Assembly: GCA_965369655.1 (NCBI GenBank)
Contig: CBDUQR010000016.1
Coordinates: 1 to 54,150 of the forward strand
From: an uncultured bacterium
GTDB taxonomy: Bacteria; Zixibacteria; MSB-5A5; JAABVY01; JAHJOQ01
Reading direction: 5' to 3'
DNA length: 54,150 nt
The translations under genes were made by a program, and so were the position numbers. This document shows, in pieces, positions 38,847-50,165 of this stretch (position 1 is the stretch's first letter; every line of letters starts with the position of its first letter). The notes below the pieces were generated by a model, which had not been told where the DNA came from, ran no database searches, and saw only the letters and a list, made by a program, of their open reading frames with translations.

Positions 38847-41800
38847 CAGAATCTTATCTCGACCCAGATACCTACCTGGCGAATGTGGGATTTTCGCCTC
38901 GTACGCTTGTCTTCCGTGTCGGACCAGCGCATCTGCAACCCGCCATTGATGCTAGACGAGAAGCTGTACGAAACTCTCGGGTTGAATGTCAGGTCCGTGC
39001 GTTCATTGCCAGGGGTCACGTTTCCAGCTCCATCCACGTTTTCCGATTTCGTCAATCGCCTGGAGATGTCCAGTGTCAGATTCAGAGTACTCTGGAACTT
39101 GATTCGACCGAAGAGAGGAATCTTGAATCCGGTCGGCGATCTGAAGCTGTATCGATTGGACAGTGTGAACCCCCGGCTCGTGTTTCTCTGCTCACGCGAT
39201 ACGCCGGAATTGATGGTCTTACTGCTCGATTTGCTGTACTCCAGCCTTCCCGTTGTCTGAACCGATTTCAGCCATGTCACGCTGAAACCGAACAGGGGGC
39301 CGAAATTGTGGCTTATGTTTTCCTTCTCTACCGCACCGGTACTCTTGTTGATGCTCTCATCGATTTTACGACTGTAGGAACTGTTTACCGAGAATGACTT
39401 GAATACCCATCCGATGACTCTGAACCTTTCGAGCCGTCCTATATTGACGCCGAGGTCAGGGAAGGTGACCGATCTAGATATTACTCGCTGAGTTGCGGAT
39501 GTCTGGATTCGCCTGGCGTAGCCGGTCGATATCTTTGTACCGAGGATGAACCTGACGCCACTCTTGGCGCTGTACGTCTCGGCCTTGCTGTCGCTGAATC
39601 TTCGGGCGCTTCCGGCTGTTTGTCTGGTTCCCACGCCCGGATCCTTGGTCAGCCCGAATTGGAATTTCATAGAAGGGCGACCGATCAGGCCGGAACTCGA
39701 GAATCGATTGTCCTGCCTGTATTGCAGGGAGACAGGATCTATCCTGCTCGTTGCCTTCCTCAATCCCCAAAGGAATGGCTTAAACAAGATGAAGCCTCCC
39801 TTGCTATCCCGGCCAAAGAGCTTCTGCGAGTCAAATCTTCCACTGAGAGACCAGTTTGAGTTTATGGAAGCTAGCCTGGTTCCGTCTTTGTACCGCTTCG
39901 GGTCTGAGTTTTCGTCATAGCTGGCCTTGAAGTCGAATCCGGTGGTGAAGAAGTTGAATATCTTCGGGTCGTACTTGGCTGTGAACGACTGACGCCTGCT
40001 CAACTCAGTCCCGAGCTTGAACGTCTTCGGATTGAACGAGAACTTCAGAGTCTCCGGATCGCGCAGGTCGCGCTTCGTCGAATAGTTGAAGCTGAGTGGG
40101 AGTGATCCGAAGAGACTGTATTGCATCTGGAACGATCCACCGAACTTGCGGTCGTATGTTGAGAAATGCGTGCCCTTGCTGTTGATGCTTTCGGACTGCT
40201 TTCGATTGACGTCTCCCTTGAAGGTCATCCTCTTGGGGAAGTAACCCATCTCGGTATTCGTGATTGCACTTGGGAAAAACGGTATGAATCTGGTCCATGC
40301 AAACACCTTGAATGTCTTTTTCTGGGTGACGAGCGAGTAATCTGCCCGCGCCGTATACGATTCGCTTTCGGAGAACGGCTGAGTCGGAGATTTTGAGTGG
40401 TTGGCAGAATAAGAGAAGTTGGTCCCGAAATTGTTCAGCGTAAGATTCCAGAGCCAGTTATTCGTTTTCCTCGTGAACTTGGAGGATATCCTGAAAGATG
40501 TTGAATAACTCCTCGTGGTTTCTTCTTCTCTGTCTTTTTCCGTGATCACGATATCGGAGCCCGATTTCAGTCTTGGCACGGAGGTGTTTCTTGTCCACGA
40601 ATATGAGACAGGCAATTTCGCGCCCCACTTGGGCGGAAGCAGTTTGTCGAGACTGAAGCTCGTGGAAATTGACAGCGACGCACTTTCCTTCCCAGCGCCG
40701 AGGTTGTTTCTGTTCGCAGCGGTCAATTGTCTGAAGTAAGCATCTGTTTTTCGATAGCTGATCGAGAACGATCCCAGGTCGGAGATACTTGTAGAGACAC
40801 TTATCCTTTGGGCGAGTCCCTTGTCTCGCCTGACATCCGTGACTCGTAACTCATCGAGCCATATCTGACCTGATACGAGATCGTCCGGGTCGTAATCGTC
40901 CGGTGACGCCGGAATATCCCGTTCCACGCCGACAGCAAGATAGATGATGTTCGTGAGGCGAGGCCGTCCTCTGATGCCATATTTGCCGATGCGCAATGTT
41001 TTCCTGCTCGGCAGAGTATCCTGAATCTGTTGGAGTTCATCCTTTACTTGTGTTATTTCGTCGAGATCGATGTCGATCCAACCCTGCCGATCCCACTTAT
41101 TGGGGGTATGGTAGAGTTCTGTTATGTATTCGTAGTAGTTCAGCGAATCTGTCCCCATCCGGAATATCAGGCTCGTGGATGTGTCGGTGGTGTCGCTGTG
41201 GACATACATCTGGACACGCTTGTATCCGGCGTAGTTCTCGCCCCGGAACAGAACCCTTTCCGCAATCCCGGCGACGCCCTGCCTCAGATTTGTGTATTTG
41301 AGCAGGAGTGACTGCTCTTTCTCGCGCGTCTCGCTAACCCTGTCGTAGTATCCCTCCACGTCTGGCGGAGGTTCGTAGACGTCGCCGTTCTCCTCGGTGT
41401 TTATCACCGCCACTTCGAGCTTAACGCCGACAGTATCCGGCGTGATCAGCGAATCCTCAAGCCAATCTCCGGACTCTGTCATGCTGAACCTCAGCGGCTG
41501 CACAAGCCATCTCGTCGATACCAGATTGATAGATGCGATCTCGAGGAATTTCCTTTCTTCGAGGTCGGTCATTATCATGCGGGCATACGATATTCGGTTC
41601 CAGGTCGACGCCCCAACGGAATCGTCGAAATCAATCAGGGGGAATCTGTAGGTGACCCAGGTGCCGCCGAATTCAGACGCCTTCTCCGAGCCCTCGACGA
41701 GATACTTGCTCTGATCCTCGAAGTTGAGAATGAATTCATAGTATGCATTTGTTGTGTTTAGAGACTTGTCACCGTTGATGTCCTCGGTGTCCGGCAGGAA

Positions 41801-44701
41801 TCCTCTGCCGGGGTCGTTTGCATTTCCCTGGGTTCCATTGATCTGTTCGTAGTTATCAGGATAGTCGTTATCGTAGTGCCAGTTGTCGGCAGACGGGTCA
41901 GATGATGAGAACCACTCTGTGCTGTCAATGTTCGCTCTCTCCTCGGCGTCCGTCCAGTTATCCAGGCCGACATCCTCGCCTTCATCCAGGATGTCGTTCT
42001 TGAATACAAAGTCCTCGGTGTCGAATTTCTGATTGTTGTTGATGTCTTCCGAGATTTCACCGAGATGGATTCTCAACTGTCCCCGACCATCCGGTTTTTT
42101 CATTCTGATTTCGAGGAACTGTGTCCTGCTCTGATCCCAGGCTCCACGGCTGATCGGGCGCATGACGCCGGCCCATGAATCGGGATTCGAGGTTGATGTA
42201 TCCGGATCGAAGCGAAGCACGAGAATGTGCGCCTTGTTGTCCTTGTCCTGCACGTCGCGATCCCAGATATCAGTCACAGGAATCTCGTCATACGGGTTGT
42301 ACCATATCAGTCTGCCACGCGGATTGGTTGTCTCGTCGACCTCTTCAGGTGGCGATGACCTGGTCCACGCGTGTCGCAGGATAGACAGGCTGTATGCTTC
42401 CTTGGCGCCCTCGAAATCATCGACAAATGCCTCGCCTCGGGTATTCGGATTCGGGATGCTCTGCGCGATCTCTCCGGAGATGCTCATCCGCGATGGCGAC
42501 GTCGCCTCGATTAACGGCAGAGCGTCGAACAGGCTCGTGAGAATCGGCAGTTCGAAACTCGTCGAGAAGTCCGAGTCCCAGATCATGTATTTAGATTCCT
42601 CCTGACCGATTCTGGGCTTTCGATCTGTCGATTTCTCAGTCTTTAAGAGAAGCGTGGATCCGATCTTGAAATTCCTGGAGAGAACATATTCGAGTCGCGC
42701 ACCGAAGAGCGATTTTTTCTCGGCGGCGATGAACGGCTGATATTCGAAATCGACGGTCACGTTGGCGTTCGGATCGAGAACCTCGTCGGTCTTGAATATA
42801 ATCCGGCCGAGATCGTAGTAGATTGTGTAATCCTTGTCTTTCGAGAGTCTGCGTCCGTTAAGCGTAACGACTTCTGATCCCTCGATGATGTTGATCTTTC
42901 CAAGGCTGAACTCAGTCTGCCTTTGTTTGAGTTTTATCGCGAGGTAGTACTTCGACGCACTTCTGATATTCTGGTAGTTGCTTTCTGTGTAAATCTCCGG
43001 CACCGTATCTATCAGATCAGGGTTGCGGAACGGTTCCCGGGTCGGGAAGATTATGAAGCCCCGGTCGAGGAAGACAGTATTCTCATTGATATCGAAGAGT
43101 CCGTCTGGGTTTGGGCTTCCGTTCAGGTCGAGTTTGTCGAGCCCCATGATCTCGATATATGGTGTACCGTCGAGATGATCGAGATTGGCATCTTCCCTGC
43201 TCTCCTCTCCCTGTTTTCCTTTGAATATCTGTACCTCAAGGCCGTCAGGATCGACATCCCGCGAGCGCAGGGAATAGATATTTTTCCACTCGTACTGGAA
43301 AGTTCTGTACGACGGCAGAGGGTTCCCTTTTTTGATGAGCTTGAGAATGAGCGTGTCGCTGAGGGTGTCCGCAGAAATATCACCATACTGGAATCTCGAT
43401 CCATCTGACCTCTCGACTTCCATCCAGCAGGCGAGGTCCTGAGTCACTCCGACGTTCGTAAACGTCTCGAGGTAGAGTTCATTCTCGTAGAATATGAATT
43501 TTGATTTGTCGATTTCCCGCCAGGTAGTACGAACTTCTTCATCCGTGTACAGGTCGGGATTTCGAGGATCGACGTGGGCGTTGCCAGGGACTATGTTGTA
43601 TCTTTCAATGTCGGTTTCGTTCAGGTATAGACGGAAATCCACGATCTTGTCGCCGTACGTGAAGTCGAAGGTGTCAGACGATGCGCCCGGCTGGCCATAG
43701 TAGATCGTTCCGAGATCGAAGAATGTGTTTTTTAGATAATCGTAATCTCTGATGTAATTCACACTCTCTTTTGCGCCAGCGGTGAAGCTCGACTTCTCGG
43801 TGTTTCCTTTCTCCTGCGAAGTTATCACCGTTAGACCGAAATTGCCGAGTTGGGCTGTCGCCTTGATCCCGAAAAGCCCCTGAATTCTCTGCGAATAACC
43901 GACAAACTGTGTGTTGGGAAGCGATAGGTTGGTGTTTCCCGCCTCGATGGTCTGGATAATATCGTCTTCAGTGCCTTTGTATCGAATTTGTATGCGGTTG
44001 TCGAGATCAGCCTGGCGTTTCGAGTCCTGATCGACCGTGACCTCGATCTTGGAGCCGATTGTACCGGAAATCTTGAAGCGTGAGACCTGCTCCATATTGA
44101 GCGACGGGAACTTGCTCTGCTTATATGTGGCTACCTGAGTGCGATCATCCCACTGACTCCTGCCGTCGAAACTTACTCTGTATGATCCGTTCACGCGAAG
44201 CCCCGCACCGCCTTCTCCAATCAAGCTTCTGACAAGTTTCGGGAACTTGATCGGGACAGTTATGTTGAGCAGGCCTTTTGCCTTGTCCGCTTCTTTTTTT
44301 GCTATAGATGTCGAGAGGCTCTGTGCCCAGTACTCGCTGACCTTCACTTCATTCCTGAATCGATTGAATGACAGAGGCTCGGATGATACCGGCAGTGCAA
44401 TGTCGAGATTATAGGTCGATGGATGGTAACTGTGCTTTTTATAGAAAGTGAACATGAGAGCTGGCCAGCTAACATCATTGCTCTTCATCGGCCTGCGTCT
44501 GCCGAGATCGAGCCACTTGTAATTCTCGATACCTATGGAAATGCCTGAGAACTGCTCTGGAGCGGGAAGCGAAACCACCGCAACCGGTGGGAACTCAAGT
44601 GGGATAAACAGCCCCTGGCCCATTGCCGGGGCGCACAGGGTAAATAATGTAATCGCGACAGCAAGTGCCGCGCTGAATGCTGACCTTCGTTTATGCTGCA
44701 A
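38846..44701 (-). CDS. sprA: SprA/Sov-like large outer-membrane protein (T9SS translocon homologue)
   Basis: Y.G.EDDIIQ.IEAGN..L.LP, GLFGIK, GRLIWYN, SWAGVMR, GEISED, PDTEDIN, EQSL, IWLDELRV; 1951 aa; terminal Phe. Confidence 0.85.
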   Translation of the reverse strand: MQHKRRSAFSAALAVAITLFTLCAPAMGQGLFIPLEFPPVAVVSLPAPEQFSGISIGIENYKWLDLGRRRPMKSNDVSWPALMFTFYKKHSYHPSTYNLDIALPVSSEPLSFNRFRNEVKVSEYWAQSLSTSIAKKEADKAKGLLNITVPIKFPKLVRSLIGEGGAGLRVNGSYRVSFDGRSQWDDRTQVATYKQSKFPSLNMEQVSRFKISGTIGSKIEVTVDQDSKRQADLDNRIQIRYKGTEDDIIQTIEAGNTNLSLPNTQFVGYSQRIQGLFGIKATAQLGNFGLTVITSQEKGNTEKSSFTAGAKESVNYIRDYDYLKNTFFDLGTIYYGQPGASSDTFDFTYGDKIVDFRLYLNETDIERYNIVPGNAHVDPRNPDLYTDEEVRTTWREIDKSKFIFYENELYLETFTNVGVTQDLACWMEVERSDGSRFQYGDISADTLSDTLILKLIKKGNPLPSYRTFQYEWKNIYSLRSRDVDPDGLEVQIFKGKQGEESREDANLDHLDGTPYIEIMGLDKLDLNGSPNPDGLFDINENTVFLDRGFIIFPTREPFRNPDLIDTVPEIYTESNYQNIRSASKYYLAIKLKQRQTEFSLGKINIIEGSEVVTLNGRRLSKDKDYTIYYDLGRIIFKTDEVLDPNANVTVDFEYQPFIAAEKKSLFGARLEYVLSRNFKIGSTLLLKTEKSTDRKPRIGQEESKYMIWDSDFSTSFELPILTSLFDALPLIEATSPSRMSISGEIAQSIPNPNTRGEAFVDDFEGAKEAYSLSILRHAWTRSSPPEEVDETTNPRGRLIWYNPYDEIPVTDIWDRDVQDKDNKAHILVLRFDPDTSTSNPDSWAGVMRPISRGAWDQSRTQFLEIRMKKPDGRGQLRIHLGEISEDINNNQKFDTEDFVFKNDILDEGEDVGLDNWTDAEERANIDSTEWFSSSDPSADNWHYDNDYPDNYEQINGTQGNANDPGRGFLPDTEDINGDKSLNTTNAYYEFILNFEDQSKYLVEGSEKASEFGGTWVTYRFPLIDFDDSVGASTWNRISYARMIMTDLEERKFLEIASINLVSTRWLVQPLRFSMTESGDWLEDSLITPDTVGVKLEVAVINTEENGDVYEPPPDVEGYYDRVSETREKEQSLLLKYTNLRQGVAGIAERVLFRGENYAGYKRVQMYVHSDTTDTSTSLIFRMGTDSLNYYEYITELYHTPNKWDRQGWIDIDLDEITQVKDELQQIQDTLPSRKTLRIGKYGIRGRPRLTNIIYLAVGVERDIPASPDDYDPDDLVSGQIWLDELRVTDVRRDKGLAQRISVSTSISDLGSFSISYRKTDAYFRQLTAANRNNLGAGKESASLSISTSFSLDKLLPPKWGAKLPVSYSWTRNTSVPRLKSGSDIVITEKDREEETTRSYSTSFRISSKFTRKTNNWLWNLTLNNFGTNFSYSANHSKSPTQPFSESESYTARADYSLVTQKKTFKVFAWTRFIPFFPSAITNTEMGYFPKRMTFKGDVNRKQSESINSKGTHFSTYDRKFGGSFQMQYSLFGSLPLSFNYSTKRDLRDPETLKFSFNPKTFKLGTELSRRQSFTAKYDPKIFNFFTTGFDFKASYDENSDPKRYKDGTRLASINSNWSLSGRFDSQKLFGRDSKGGFILFKPFLWGLRKATSRIDPVSLQYRQDNRFSSSGLIGRPSMKFQFGLTKDPGVGTRQTAGSARRFSDSKAETYSAKSGVRFILGTKISTGYARRIQTSATQRVISRSVTFPDLGVNIGRLERFRVIGWVFKSFSVNSSYSRKIDESINKSTGAVEKENISHNFGPLFGFSVTWLKSVQTTGRLEYSKSSSKTINSGVSREQRNTSRGFTLSNRYSFRSPTGFKIPLFGRIKFQSTLNLTLDISRRLTKSENVDGAGNVTPGNERTDLTFNPRVSYSFSSSINGGLQMRWSDTEDKRTRRKSHIRQVGIWVEIRF

Positions 44702-44760
44702 CGACGATAACCCTCAACAGGATTATGGTTTCATACAGTAAAAACTTTCGATAGGCCTCC

Positions 44761-45696
44761 TCAGTTGAAGTCGCCGAGATATGTTATCTCCTCATCGAGA
44801 TCGTATCCGAATTTATCTCTGACCATCTTTTTCAACTCCATCGCGAGCCTTCTTATATCGTCGGCCGTGGCGCCGCCGAGATTTACGAGGATATTGGCAT
44901 GGTTCTCATAAACGCCTGCATTGCCAACCCGTAGCATCTTTGCGCCGACCTGTTCGAGAAGATAGCCGGCAGCCAGCTTGCCGTGTTCCTCATCCGGTTT
45001 CTCGATATTCCTGAAGAAACATCCGGCCGAACAATCTGTCTCCGGATGTCTTTTCGATCGTTGTTCGAGAATGTCGAGTCGTTCTTTCTGAAGCCGCGCA
45101 GTATCTTCTCCCGTCAGTTCAAATTTTGCTTCAAGCACTATCTCACGAGTGCGCTTCAATATACTATTGCGATATGAGAATTCAAAATAATATTTGTTTT
45201 CGGTGCGTTCGTTTGATCCGGGCATAAGTAGCGCCGCCGACACGAGATGATCGGAGATCGCGCCGCCGTATGCTCCGGCGTTGCCGCAGATTGCTCCGCC
45301 GACTGTTCCCTTGATGCCTGCGAGCATCTGAACGCCGCCGAGGCCGAGTTCACATGCTTTCTCAACAAATGTCTCGAGGTCGAATCCGCCGCCAACGGTA
45401 ATCCTGTTGCCATCCTGAACGAAGTGATCTATGGCGCACCGTATGATCACGCCGCGAAAGCCGTCATCAGAGACAAGCAGGTTTGAGCCGCCGCCAATAA
45501 CGAAGTATTCAGCGTCATGTCTCTGACAAATCGAGACCGCGTCCGCCATTTCCTGTTTTGTGCGCGTTTCGAGGTAGATCGATGCGGGGCCACCGACGCC
45601 TAAAGTGGTATGTTTCGAGAGCGGCTCGTCTACAATCATAGCGTCGCCGAACCTTGACTCGATTTCGTCACGCAGGGTTTTATCGACTGTCATCAT
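44761..45696 (-). CDS. murB: UDP-N-acetylmuramate dehydrogenase
   Basis: HTTLGVGGPA, GGGSNLL, GTVGGAICGNAGAYG, YRNS, SAGCFFRN, HAN. Confidence 0.95.
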   Translation of the reverse strand: MMTVDKTLRDEIESRFGDAMIVDEPLSKHTTLGVGGPASIYLETRTKQEMADAVSICQRHDAEYFVIGGGSNLLVSDDGFRGVIIRCAIDHFVQDGNRITVGGGFDLETFVEKACELGLGGVQMLAGIKGTVGGAICGNAGAYGGAISDHLVSAALLMPGSNERTENKYYFEFSYRNSILKRTREIVLEAKFELTGEDTARLQKERLDILEQRSKRHPETDCSAGCFFRNIEKPDEEHGKLAAGYLLEQVGAKMLRVGNAGVYENHANILVNLGGATADDIRRLAMELKKMVRDKFGYDLDEEITYLGDFN

Positions 45697-45791
45697 ACTT
45701 ATAGACGGTCACGTCAGATGGGCCGGTCGTCGCAGCAGAATTATACTCTCCTGCAGCTTATACTCGCTCGCGTCTGAACGGTTCCGCAATG

Positions 45792-46169
45792 TCAGATGCC
45801 GGACGAGTCTTCTTCGGATTCACCGGCAGCTTCCGAATCAGATCCATCAGTATGTTTCGTGTTACCCGATTCTGCATCGGAACTGCCCGACTCCTGCTCA
45901 CTCTTGAGCTCATCGACGTAGTTCATGCGGAGCTGGTAGAGAGTACTCTTGAGAATCCTGTCCTCGTCGGGGGTCAGGTTGCCCTCGGTTTTTCGCTCGA
46001 GCATGCTCAGCATATCGATGGTCGCTTTTGCGATCTCGACATTCCTGTCGATTTTTCCCGTCAGCGGATTCTGGAGTTTCCCCATCTGCTGCATCGCCGC
46101 AGACTCGAGTGAGACCAGAAGCTGTAACAGATAAGGGTCAACTGAGAGATCGTTCGGACTGTCGCTCAT
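45792..46169 (-). CDS. DUF1844 family protein
   Basis: GKLQNP, AKATIDML, KTEGNL, LRMNYV. Confidence 0.85.
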   Translation of the reverse strand: MSDSPNDLSVDPYLLQLLVSLESAAMQQMGKLQNPLTGKIDRNVEIAKATIDMLSMLERKTEGNLTPDEDRILKSTLYQLRMNYVDELKSEQESGSSDAESGNTKHTDGSDSEAAGESEEDSSGI

Positions 46170-46372
46170 GATCTTTCTCCGGAGTAATCCTGTGCGATTC
46201 GCAGCGCCAGGTTGATATTGTGCTGCACATCCATCAACTCAGCCTCGATTTTCTTGGCCAGACGAAGCAGATCGTAATCCTCTGTGCTGTCGACAAGTGT
46301 CCTGATCTCGTGTGCGAGTTCACGTGAGAGGAGAGAGGCCTTTTCCAGTCTTTCGTGTTTCGTCATAGACAC
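46166..46372 (-). CDS. Small helical hypothetical protein
   Basis: Fills the gap between recG and DUF1844 with a 4-nt overlap; amphipathic helices; start may be ATG 46366. Confidence 0.7.
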   Translation of the reverse strand: MSMTKHERLEKASLLSRELAHEIRTLVDSTEDYDLLRLAKKIEAELMDVQHNINLALRIAQDYSGERS

Positions 46373-46376
46373 CTGC

Positions 46377-48473
46377 TCAGCCTGAAGTCAGGAACGATGA
46401 TGATCGCCCGTACAGGGCGGCAGCCTCGTTCTTCAGCTTCTTTATCTCATCAGGCGACAATTTAAGTTTTTTTGACACAATGTCAAACGCGCATTTGCGC
46501 GCTGCTTCGAGGATGGCTGAATCCCTGACAATGTCGGCAAGCTTGAATTCGGGAAGACCGTGCTGTCTGGAGCCGAGGAATTCTCCGGGACCCCGAAGGC
46601 GCAGATCGGTCTCGGCAATGTCAAACCCGTCAGACGATGAAACTATCGCAGATAGTCTCTCCACGGCGGTTTCGCTCGGGTCTGCCGATGAGATCAGGAT
46701 GCAGTAGGATTTCTCCGGTCCTCTGCCGATTCGTCCCCGAAGTTGATGAAGTTGCGAGAGGCCGAATCGTTCGGCGTTTTCGATAAGCATGACCGATGCG
46801 TTCGGTATGTCGATTCCGACCTCGATGACGGTCGTGGTGACCAGGACGTCGTAGTTGCCGTCGCGGAATCCGGTGGACACGCGGTCGCGTTCCTCCGAGT
46901 TCATTCTGCCGTGTATCAGTCCGATTCGCAACTCAGGGAACACATTGTCGCGAAGGTTTTCATAGGCCGAGACCGCCGATTTCAAGTCCATCTTTTCTGA
47001 ATCCTCGACGAGAGGGAAGACCACGAACGCCTGCCGACCTTTCCTGCATTCGGATCGGATGAAATCGTATGCCTTGTGTCTCTTTTCGTCGGTACGCCAT
47101 GCTGTTGTGACCGGTTTGCGGCCGGGTGGAAGCTCTCTGATGATGGTCAGGTCAAGATCGCCATAGGCGGTCAGGGCGAGCGACCTCGGTATCGGCGTCG
47201 CGGTCATCACGAGCAGGTCAGCGAGCCGTCCCTTCTTCTTGAACTTGAGCCGTTGGTTGACGCCGAAACGATGTTGCTCATCTATGATTGCGATAGCAAG
47301 GTTCTTGAACTCTATCCCTTCTGAAAAAAGGGCGTGAGTTCCTACAATGATGTCAACGTTGCCGGTTGCGATCATCTCGCACCGAGAACGCTTTTCCGAT
47401 ATGGAGCCGGTCAACAATTCAGACCTGAGTCCAAGCTGCTCCGTCATGTTTCTTATCGTGCGAAAATGTTGTTCGGCAAGCAGCTCGGTCGGGACCATGA
47501 TCGCCGCCTGCATATCGTTTTCGACAGCGTATATCATCGAAGCCAGCGCAACGATCGTCTTGCCTGATCCGACATCGCCCATCAGGAGGCGGTGCATCGG
47601 GGAGGACCGTCGCATGTCTTCGAGCACCTGCGCGATCGCCCTATTCTGACCTCTCGTCAGAGTGAAGGGAAGCGACTCATAGAAATCGGCAAGCAGGTTC
47701 GACGGCGGAGCATATGAATGTGGTTTGCGGCTTTTCTTTTTGGTCTGTCGGGAAAGCGCCAGCCTGAGTTCGAGAAGAAACATCTCATCGAAAATCAACC
47801 GCTCGCGAGCCAGTTTCAACTGATCCTGATCTTTCGGGAAATGGATGCAGGCGATAGCTTCTTTGAGCGGCAGAAGCCTGTTGTCATCCAGGAGCCGGTC
47901 GGGCAAATAGTCATCGATCGACGGCGCATATTTGGTGAGTGCAGTCTTGATGATCTGTCTGAATCTTCTGCTTTCGAGTCCGACGGTCTTCAACTCGGCG
48001 GTCGTCGGATAGAGAGGGATGATTCTGCCTGAGTGAATGAGTTCATCTGTATCATCCTCGCTTGCAAGAAACTCGAATTCAGGATGTATCAACTGGGGGC
48101 CGTTGAAATGTGTCACCGTCCCGGAGACTGCGAGGAGGTCGTCGCGCTTGAATCTGTTTTCTAGATACTGATGTCCCTTGAACCATGTCAGAGTCAGGTA
48201 GCCGTCGCCGTCCGAGAGCAGCACTTCAAAGACGGTTCTCCGGCCTTTGAGCACGCCGTGTGTGACGACTCTGCCGACAGCCGTGACCTCATCCCCCTCT
48301 ATCAGATCGGTGAAAGGCTTGATACTGGATCTGTCGAGCCACCGTCGGGGGAAGTATCTCAACAGATCAATCGCCGTCTCCACGCCGACCGTGCTAAGGA
48401 TTGCGGCTCTCTTAGGTCCCACCCCCTTGACGAACTGAACCGGGTCCAGATACTTCGCATACCCGTTTGACAT
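46377..48473 (-). CDS. recG: ATP-dependent DNA helicase RecG
   Basis: [45 protein letters not shown]. Confidence 0.96.
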   Translation of the reverse strand: MSNGYAKYLDPVQFVKGVGPKRAAILSTVGVETAIDLLRYFPRRWLDRSSIKPFTDLIEGDEVTAVGRVVTHGVLKGRRTVFEVLLSDGDGYLTLTWFKGHQYLENRFKRDDLLAVSGTVTHFNGPQLIHPEFEFLASEDDTDELIHSGRIIPLYPTTAELKTVGLESRRFRQIIKTALTKYAPSIDDYLPDRLLDDNRLLPLKEAIACIHFPKDQDQLKLARERLIFDEMFLLELRLALSRQTKKKSRKPHSYAPPSNLLADFYESLPFTLTRGQNRAIAQVLEDMRRSSPMHRLLMGDVGSGKTIVALASMIYAVENDMQAAIMVPTELLAEQHFRTIRNMTEQLGLRSELLTGSISEKRSRCEMIATGNVDIIVGTHALFSEGIEFKNLAIAIIDEQHRFGVNQRLKFKKKGRLADLLVMTATPIPRSLALTAYGDLDLTIIRELPPGRKPVTTAWRTDEKRHKAYDFIRSECRKGRQAFVVFPLVEDSEKMDLKSAVSAYENLRDNVFPELRIGLIHGRMNSEERDRVSTGFRDGNYDVLVTTTVIEVGIDIPNASVMLIENAERFGLSQLHQLRGRIGRGPEKSYCILISSADPSETAVERLSAIVSSSDGFDIAETDLRLRGPGEFLGSRQHGLPEFKLADIVRDSAILEAARKCAFDIVSKKLKLSPDEIKKLKNEAAALYGRSSSFLTSG

Positions 48474-48676
48474 GGTCTCAAATTAGGGCAGACGAAAACA
48501 TGCCGCAACGAAAATGTTCTCTTTTTTGTTGAAATGTAATGACTTGTGGTTTTTTCAGTTGCATTAAGGAGCAGGATGGCTATGTGTGAGTTTGGGATAT
48601 TTGCGTAGCGATATGACGGGAATAATATGCGAAGCTTCGTGTAAGTGTGTATAAGAGAGTGAAAAGAAGTTTGGAA

Positions 48677-50059
48677 ATGGAGGTGATCGTGAAAACATCC
48701 AAAAGACTGGTTATGCTGGCGGCTGTCCTGCTGTGTATCTCCGGCGCAGCTTACGCTCAGGTAGCCTTGACAGTCTACAATCAGGATCTCGGGCTGGTAA
48801 GAGAGAGTCGGGACCTCGAATTCAAGAAGGGTGAATTCGAGCTTGAGTTCACCGACATCCCATCCTCGATCGATCCGACCTCGGTTCATTTCAAGCTGGT
48901 CGATCATCCGGATGACGCTGTCCTGCTCGAACAGAACTACCGTTACGATCTCGTCAGCGCGACGAAGATTCTCCAGAAGTTCATCGGCAGCGAGATTGAA
49001 ATAACAGCCGTCGCCGGTGATGCGGGCAAATTCTATTCAGGGAAACTTCTCGCCTTCGATGGAGGCAATGTTACGCTGCTCACTAAGGATGGCGGCGTTA
49101 AGTTGATCGATCAGAAGTGGATATCAGATGTGGCATTCGAGAAGCTGCCGGAAGGACTCGTGACAAGACCAACGCTGGTCTGGAAATTGCTGTCTAATAC
49201 ATCCGGCAAGCAGAAAGCCGAAGTCTCCTATCTGACTCGCAACATCAACTGGCACGCCGAGTATGTGGCTGTCGTCTCGACAGATGACAAACAGCTCGAT
49301 CTCTCCGGATGGGTTTCTGTCGATAACAGGACAGGCGCAACATATCATGACGCTAAACTCAAGTTGATTGCCGGTGACGTTAACGTGATCCGACCGCCGG
49401 CGCCGGCATACAGCAGGGCCAAGGGTATCTCACTCGCGATGGAGGATATGGCAGGCGCTGGATTCGAGGAGAAAGCCTTCTTCGAGTATCATCTGTATAC
49501 GCTGCCTCGCAAGACTACTCTGGCTAACAACGAGATCAAGCAGATTTCGCTTTTTGAGCCGGCCACCACTCAGGTGGAGAAGGTCTATAACTACAACGGC
49601 CAGCGGTATCAGAAGGACGTGCGCATTGTGCTCGAATTCACCAACTCCGAAGCTGCCGGACTCGGCATGCCGCTGCCCGCAGGGAAGCTGCGCGTGATGA
49701 AGATGGATACCGACGGACTCCTCGAATTCGTCGGGGAGGATTTGATCGATCACACTCCGAAGAACGAAGACCTCAAAGTGTACCTCGGCAACGCTTTCGA
49801 CCTCGTGGGTGAGCGGAAAGTTCTCGACAGGAGGAAAATCACCGACAAGATGTGGGAAGAACAGGTCGAGATCAAGTTGCGCAACCATAAAGATGAGGAT
49901 GTGGTAATCAAAGTCATCGAAGGAATGAGCAGGTACTGGGAAATCCGCGAATCGAACTATGAATATGAGCAAAAGGACGCATCGACTGCGGAATTCCAAA
50001 TTCCGGTGACGGCCGATGGAGAGTCAACGCTGACATACACCGTGCGTTCATGGTATTAG
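48677..50059 (+). CDS. DUF4139 domain secreted protein
   Basis: LTVYNQDLGLVRE, LEQNYRYDL, WHAEY, EYHLY, LGMPLPAG, IDHTP; start uncertain (48647, 48677 or 48689). Confidence 0.85.
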   Translation: MEVIVKTSKRLVMLAAVLLCISGAAYAQVALTVYNQDLGLVRESRDLEFKKGEFELEFTDIPSSIDPTSVHFKLVDHPDDAVLLEQNYRYDLVSATKILQKFIGSEIEITAVAGDAGKFYSGKLLAFDGGNVTLLTKDGGVKLIDQKWISDVAFEKLPEGLVTRPTLVWKLLSNTSGKQKAEVSYLTRNINWHAEYVAVVSTDDKQLDLSGWVSVDNRTGATYHDAKLKLIAGDVNVIRPPAPAYSRAKGISLAMEDMAGAGFEEKAFFEYHLYTLPRKTTLANNEIKQISLFEPATTQVEKVYNYNGQRYQKDVRIVLEFTNSEAAGLGMPLPAGKLRVMKMDTDGLLEFVGEDLIDHTPKNEDLKVYLGNAFDLVGERKVLDRRKITDKMWEEQVEIKLRNHKDEDVVIKVIEGMSRYWEIRESNYEYEQKDASTAEFQIPVTADGESTLTYTVRSWY

Positions 50060-50165
50060 CGGATCGCTTGCAGATATGGCGGCGCCAAGATTCGTTTGAC
50101 AAATCTTTTTGGACGTATTAGTATGTCACGCGTCAACGATCCAATAGGGAGGAGATGAGAAAACG

